From the IMG/VR virus record IMGVR_UViG_3300021959_000013: DNA of 20,000 nt, one strand, 5' to 3'. The notes below the pieces were generated by a model. It saw only the letters and a program-made list of their open reading frames with translations. It was not told where the DNA came from and ran no database searches. Positions 15,491 to 20,000 of the stretch are shown piece after piece; positions within the stretch are counted from its first letter, which is position 1, and the number at the start of each line of letters is the position of its first letter. Position numbers and translations under genes: made by a program. The DNA comes from an uncultured virus (IMG/VR IMGVR_UViG_3300021959_000013). Lineage: Duplodnaviria; Heunggongvirae; Uroviricota; Caudoviricetes.

Positions 15491-18487
15491 ATGGCATTAA
15501 CAAAAGTAAAGGGACATATATTAGCTGATGATTTAGCACTTGGCGGTAATCCGACAACGAGTACTCAATCAGCGTCAGATAATAGTACAAAAATAGCAAC
15601 TACAGCATATGTAACTACTGCACTCGCAAACTTATCTGATTCAGCGCCTTCTACATTAAATACTTTAAATGAGTTAGCTGCAGCTTTAGGCGATGATGCT
15701 AACTTCTCTACAACTGTAACAAATAGTATAGCAGCTAAAGCACCTTTAGCCAGTCCTACTTTAACTGGAACACCAAAAATAAATGTAGGTACAAATAAAA
15801 ATATTATTTTTAGTGGTGGCATTGGAGAAATAGGAAGTGTACCAGGTTTTCAAGGTATAAATGACGCAGGTAGCGCCAATACAGATATTGGTATGAGAGG
15901 AACTACTATTCGATTTGCTACAGGTTCATCAGAAAGAATGCGTATAGATAGTGCTGGTAAAGTTAGAATTGGAGCTACTTTAGGTTTAAATCATTTATTA
16001 AATCTTCAAACAGCTAGTACAAGTGGATTAGCTCAAATGGAATTTAGAAATACTGCTGCAGGTTCACAAATAGGAATGCCAGCAAATACAAATGCTCTTT
16101 CTATCTTTACTGCTGATGCAGAAAGAATGCGTGTTGATTCTTCAGGCAATGTTGGTGTTGGTGAGACAAGCCCAGTACATAAAGTAGAAGCTAAAGGCAC
16201 AGATGCCGCGCTGGTTGTACATAACGATAACAACTCAAGAGGTGGTATTGTTGCTCTTGCAAGTCAATTGGTAGGTTTCACTTCAACTTCTGTCAATGAT
16301 GATTTAGTATTTGGACATGCAGGTAATCCAATTGCTTCAAGTGCTTTCAACGAGAAGATGCGTATTGATAATGGAACTGGTAATGTTGGTATTGGAGAAA
16401 CAACTCCACTAGGTAAATTACATGTTAAAACAGCAGATAGTGGTGCTAGTGTTAATTCAAATGCTGATGAGTTAGTTATTGAAGGTTCAGGTACTGCGGG
16501 TATTACTATACTTTCAGGAACAACTGGAGACGGCAATTTATTCTTTGATGATAGTGGTGGTTTTGCTAGAGGAAAATTATCTTATTCTCACAATGGAGAT
16601 TATTTAAGTCTATCAAGTTCAGGTGCTTCTATATTTTATAATGGTGGTTCAGAAAGAATGAGAATTCTTAGTGGAGGCAACGTTGGTATTGGAACGAATA
16701 ATCCAAGTGCTAAATGTCATCTTTATACTTCTACCTCAGACGCTATTAATTTAGGTATTCAAAACAGTCAAAGATATTGGAAAATTGAAACTGTTAGTGA
16801 AAAATTAAGTATTGCTGATGTCAGCGCAGGTGGAACTGCAAGAATGACTTTTGATACAGCAGGCAATGTTGGTATCGGAACTACATCACCACCATCTCCT
16901 CTTAGTATTTTTGGTACAGGCACAAGTAGTCCAACTGCAGCAAACGCTCAACAATCATACGATAATGCAATCTTTAGAATAAATAGCTTTGCTAATTCAA
17001 GTGTTGGTTTAAGTATAGGTTCTACAGGAAGTAATGTTACTCATATTCAAACAAGTTATAATGAAGGAACTACTTCACCTTTGACATTAAACCCTTTTGG
17101 CGGAAATGTTGGAATAGGAACGAGTAGTCCACAAGGCTTGATTGATTTAACAGTTTCACAGGCTAAAACTACGACAAGTGGTGCAACATTTGCTCAATTA
17201 GGAAAAACAAATGAATCTTCAGGCTATGCAGCTTTACAATGTGAAGTAAAAGGTGGTGCATCAGCAGCAGATAGAAAGTGGGAGTTTCAAACCATAGAAC
17301 AAGGAGTAGCCAACGCAGGGAGTATTGTATTTCAGCCTGCTGGTGGAAAGGTTGGAATTGGAACTGTTCCAACAATGCCTCTAAGTGTACAAGCCGCATC
17401 TAATGCATATGCTATATCTATGCACGGTAGAAGTGATGGTTACTCTGAACTTTATGGCGCCAGTAATGACGGTTCTACAAAGTATTCCTTCTTACAATCA
17501 CATTCAGCACAAACAAAATTATATACACTAGTTAATACACCACTCCTATTTGGTACAAATAGTACTGAACGCATGAGGATTGATTCTTCAGGACGTGTTG
17601 GTATAAGAAATGATGGGCCAGGAGATTTTCACGCTCAAGCAGATGACTTAGTTATTGGTGATAGTTCTGGACATTCTGGTATGACATTTAGGTCAAGTAC
17701 TACAGATGCTGGAAACATATTTTTTGCTGATGGTACAAGTGGGTCTCAGGCTTATATGGGCTCAATACAATACTTCCATGGAGCAGACTCTAGTAATAAT
17801 CTTAGTGAAAGAATGTCTTTTGGTTGTAATGGCGGTTCTGAAGTTTTAAGACTTAGTAGAACTACAAACATCGCTTATACATCTGATGGTTTGTTTAATT
17901 CCAATGCAAGACCTTCAAGGTGGCAAGCTACTGGCTCAGGTGCATTATTACTTGGATATAGAGATAGTGGTTCAGGGTTATATTCAGCTGCGTTGGCTTT
18001 AGAATACGACGCGGTTAATGGTTTAGGTAATACCCAATACGTTGATGGCATTTTAATGAGAGATACCGCATCAGGAACATTACATCTTAGAATTGAAACC
18101 AATGGTAATGTTAAAAATACAAATAACTCTTATGGTTCAACATCTGATTCAAGACTAAAAACAGACATAGCTGATGCTGCTTCACAGTGGGATGATGTCA
18201 AGGCTTTAAGAGTAAGAAAATATAAATTTGGTACTGCACCAGCCGGACATGACTTTTTACAGATAGGAGTAATAGCGCAAGAGTTAGAAGCTTCAGGAAT
18301 GAGTGGTTTAGTATCAGAATCAGAGCCAGATGATGCACAAATAAAATATGCTCCAGAGTTGGTAGGTAACCAAGTTAAAACCGTAAAGTATTCAGTTCTT
18401 TATATGAAAGCAATTAAAGCATTGCAAGAAGCTATGACAAGAATAGAAACATTAGAAAGTAAAGTAGCTACATTAGAGGGAGAATAA
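15491..18487 (+). CDS. Tail fibre / receptor-binding protein with C-terminal Peptidase_S74 chaperone
   Basis: 998 aa; N-terminal DNSTKIATTAYV...SAPSTLNTLNELAAALGDDANF (P2 gpH-like fibre motif); many ERMRI/GNVGIG linkers; SDSRLKTDI...GVIAQELE...VKYSVLYMKAIKALQEAMTRIE (about 18143-18484). Confidence 0.9.
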   Translation: MALTKVKGHILADDLALGGNPTTSTQSASDNSTKIATTAYVTTALANLSDSAPSTLNTLNELAAALGDDANFSTTVTNSIAAKAPLASPTLTGTPKINVGTNKNIIFSGGIGEIGSVPGFQGINDAGSANTDIGMRGTTIRFATGSSERMRIDSAGKVRIGATLGLNHLLNLQTASTSGLAQMEFRNTAAGSQIGMPANTNALSIFTADAERMRVDSSGNVGVGETSPVHKVEAKGTDAALVVHNDNNSRGGIVALASQLVGFTSTSVNDDLVFGHAGNPIASSAFNEKMRIDNGTGNVGIGETTPLGKLHVKTADSGASVNSNADELVIEGSGTAGITILSGTTGDGNLFFDDSGGFARGKLSYSHNGDYLSLSSSGASIFYNGGSERMRILSGGNVGIGTNNPSAKCHLYTSTSDAINLGIQNSQRYWKIETVSEKLSIADVSAGGTARMTFDTAGNVGIGTTSPPSPLSIFGTGTSSPTAANAQQSYDNAIFRINSFANSSVGLSIGSTGSNVTHIQTSYNEGTTSPLTLNPFGGNVGIGTSSPQGLIDLTVSQAKTTTSGATFAQLGKTNESSGYAALQCEVKGGASAADRKWEFQTIEQGVANAGSIVFQPAGGKVGIGTVPTMPLSVQAASNAYAISMHGRSDGYSELYGASNDGSTKYSFLQSHSAQTKLYTLVNTPLLFGTNSTERMRIDSSGRVGIRNDGPGDFHAQADDLVIGDSSGHSGMTFRSSTTDAGNIFFADGTSGSQAYMGSIQYFHGADSSNNLSERMSFGCNGGSEVLRLSRTTNIAYTSDGLFNSNARPSRWQATGSGALLLGYRDSGSGLYSAALALEYDAVNGLGNTQYVDGILMRDTASGTLHLRIETNGNVKNTNNSYGSTSDSRLKTDIADAASQWDDVKALRVRKYKFGTAPAGHDFLQIGVIAQELEASGMSGLVSESEPDDAQIKYAPELVGNQVKTVKYSVLYMKAIKALQEAMTRIETLESKVATLEGE

Positions 18488-18744
18488 TGCAAATAAATAC
18501 ATTAACAATACCATATAATTCAAGTGATGTCAATGAATTGCAGAATTTGCATGGGTTTACAACATATCACATGGATATGGAAGAAAGAAAAATTACAGTA
18601 ATTAGTGGAGAAGGTTGGAAATTTCAATACGAAGGAGAATCAGAAATTGACTTAACAAAAGATTTAGTGATTACTATACCAGCTATGAAATCGCATAAAA
18701 TAAAAAAAGGTACAACTGATTTGGTTGTAACTGTAGAAATTTAG
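18487..18744 (+). CDS. Small cupin-like protein
   Basis: 85 aa; TAATG coupling, SD GAGGGAG; YHMDMEERKITVISGEGW...ITIPAMKSHKIKKG matches the two cupin motifs (HxD...E..x.V..G.G and IP....H). Confidence 0.6.
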   Translation: MQINTLTIPYNSSDVNELQNLHGFTTYHMDMEERKITVISGEGWKFQYEGESEIDLTKDLVITIPAMKSHKIKKGTTDLVVTVEI

Positions 18745-18745
18745 G

Positions 18746-18753
18746 TATAAATA
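18746..18753 (+). promoter_or_regulatory. T4-type late promoter
   Basis: Exact intergenic TATAAATA, 5 nt before ATG 18759. Confidence 0.85.
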
Positions 18754-18758
18754 GATAT

Positions 18759-20000
18759 ATGGCATATTCAAAAAATAGAAGATTAGCAGAAATAGTATCA
18801 GATACTTCAGGTAATTTATCTGTTGAAGGTCTTGTAGTACCTACACAAAGTAGTTCAGATAATGATACCTCTGCGGCTTCAACAGCATTTGTTCATGCTC
18901 ATATTGATGCAGTATTGGATAGCGCTCCTGGAACATTAAATACACTTAATGAAATTGCAGCAGCTCTTAACGATGATGCTAACTTTAACACAACAGTAAC
19001 AAATGCAATCGCAGCAAAATTACCATTGGCTGGTGGAACATTAACAGGTAATTTAACTGTTCCATATTTAGCAACTACTAGTTATATTGATTTAAACAAT
19101 AGTGGCAATAGAGGAAAAATTGGTTGGTCAGGTAATCATACATATATTGCAACAACATCTTCAGTTGGTTCAATTATTTTTAAAAATAATGTTGGTTCAA
19201 CGGCTTCACCACAAACGGGTGGAGATACCTTACTAACACTAACAGATGGTGGTAACGCTACATTTCCAGGAACTATAACATCAGCTGGTTTAAGTTCAAG
19301 TAGTTCAAATACTGGAACTAATCCTGCAGCTAATGGACATATTGCAAGTGAACTTCAGTTTTATAATGGAAGCGCTACAGACAATAATCTAAACGGCATT
19401 GGATTTTATAATTCAAATAGTGCTGTTGATGCTAGAATTGCAGGCGTACATAGAAGTCACTCTTCAAGACATGGTGAAATAGCATTTTTGATGCATGATG
19501 GTTCAGCTTTAACAGAAAGAGTTCGTTTTAATAAAGATGGCAACGTTGGAATTGGAGAAACAAATCCAAACTCTCCACTACATGTAAAAACCACAGACCA
19601 AAGTATACAAATAAGAAATACAGGAAACGCTAATGTAGGTCTTGAAATATATAGAAACAGTGATGGAGCAAAAGGTGCTTCATTTGCGTGGGGTAATGGT
19701 AACGCTAACTTAGAAATAAAAAATTACAGAAACGATGGACAAAGTACTGGGCCTTACGCAAATATAGATTTCTTTACGGGTGGCACAGACGCTGATAGTC
19801 CAGACTTTAATCCAACAAGAAGAATGAGAATTCAACAAACAGGTGAAGTTGGAATTGGACAAGATGACCCAGTTACAACTTTACACATTGGAGATGGTGC
19901 TTCTCACTATGTAAGAATAGAAAATGCAGGGAGTGGAGATATTTCGTCAGGGTATCAAATATATAGAGGAAGTTCTGTTGGAATGAGCCTTTATGATAAC
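18759..20000 (+). CDS. Further tail fibre / receptor-binding protein (3'-truncated, missing from the ORF track)
   Basis: Hand translation is open for 414 codons to the window end: MAYSKNRRLAEIVSDTSGNLSVEGLVVPTQSSSDNDTSAASTAFVHAHIDAVLDSAPGTLNTLNEIAAALNDDANFNTTVTNAIAAKLPLAGGTLTG...ERVRFNKDGNVGIGETNP...RRMRIQQTGEVGIG. Confidence 0.9.
   Translation, partial: MAYSKNRRLAEIVSDTSGNLSVEGLVVPTQSSSDNDTSAASTAFVHAHIDAVLDSAPGTLNTLNEIAAALNDDANFNTTVTNAIAAKLPLAGGTLTGNLTVPYLATTSYIDLNNSGNRGKIGWSGNHTYIATTSSVGSIIFKNNVGSTASPQTGGDTLLTLTDGGNATFPGTITSAGLSSSSSNTGTNPAANGHIASELQFYNGSATDNNLNGIGFYNSNSAVDARIAGVHRSHSSRHGEIAFLMHDGSALTERVRFNKDGNVGIGETNPNSPLHVKTTDQSIQIRNTGNANVGLEIYRNSDGAKGASFAWGNGNANLEIKNYRNDGQSTGPYANIDFFTGGTDADSPDFNPTRRMRIQQTGEVGIGQDDPVTTLHIGDGASHYVRIENAGSGDISSGYQIYRGSSVGMSLYDN

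Noticed and set aside
14128..16150. Recurring ~29-bp sequence as a CRISPR repeat or invertase/shufflon site
   Set aside because: Copies are in frame, coding, irregularly spaced at hundreds of bp and all in direct orientation; no cas gene or recombinase is present
1512..18102. Many short minus-strand ORFs in the track (for example 1512-1808, 4842-5132, 11484-11900, 16264-16536)
   Set aside because: All lie antisense to long + strand genes, mostly in the mirror frame, with P/V/S-rich shadow translations and no promoters or recognisable motifs
1..20000. Interpretation as bacterial adhesin/autotransporter or S-layer locus; tRNAs or terminators
   Set aside because: No signal peptides or beta-barrel translocators; TATAAATA late promoters and S74 domains indicate a T4-like phage; intergenic gaps are 64 bp or less and show no tRNA cloverleaf or GC-stem/poly-T terminator

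Overview
AT-rich window in which every credible gene is on the + strand. It is part of the late (virion) region of a T4-like myovirus, probably an aquatic or marine phage of the cyanophage/pelagiphage type; host and habitat are inferred, not shown. It holds a tandem cluster of 11 genes: seven large fibre or fibre-scaffold proteins (the first is 5'-truncated; the last, at 18759, is 3'-truncated and absent from the ORF track), two small adaptor-like proteins, a probable trans-acting fibre assembly protein and a small cupin-like protein. Three fibres end in Peptidase_S74 intramolecular chaperones. Five T4-type late promoters (TATAAATA) sit at gene boundaries. The most interesting signals are: (i) an apparent daisy-chain or branched multi-receptor-binding apparatus built around a 1421-aa scaffold; (ii) a cupredoxin-like domain with an intact H...CxxHxxM ligand set inside that scaffold; (iii) fibres built from variable cassettes between conserved ERMRIDSSGNVGIG linkers that stay near-identical at DNA level; (iv) two probable leaderless late transcripts and unusual structured leaders. 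No RNA genes, CRISPR arrays, mobile elements or reverse transcriptase were seen. Family assignments come from motif recognition by eye, not from database searches.
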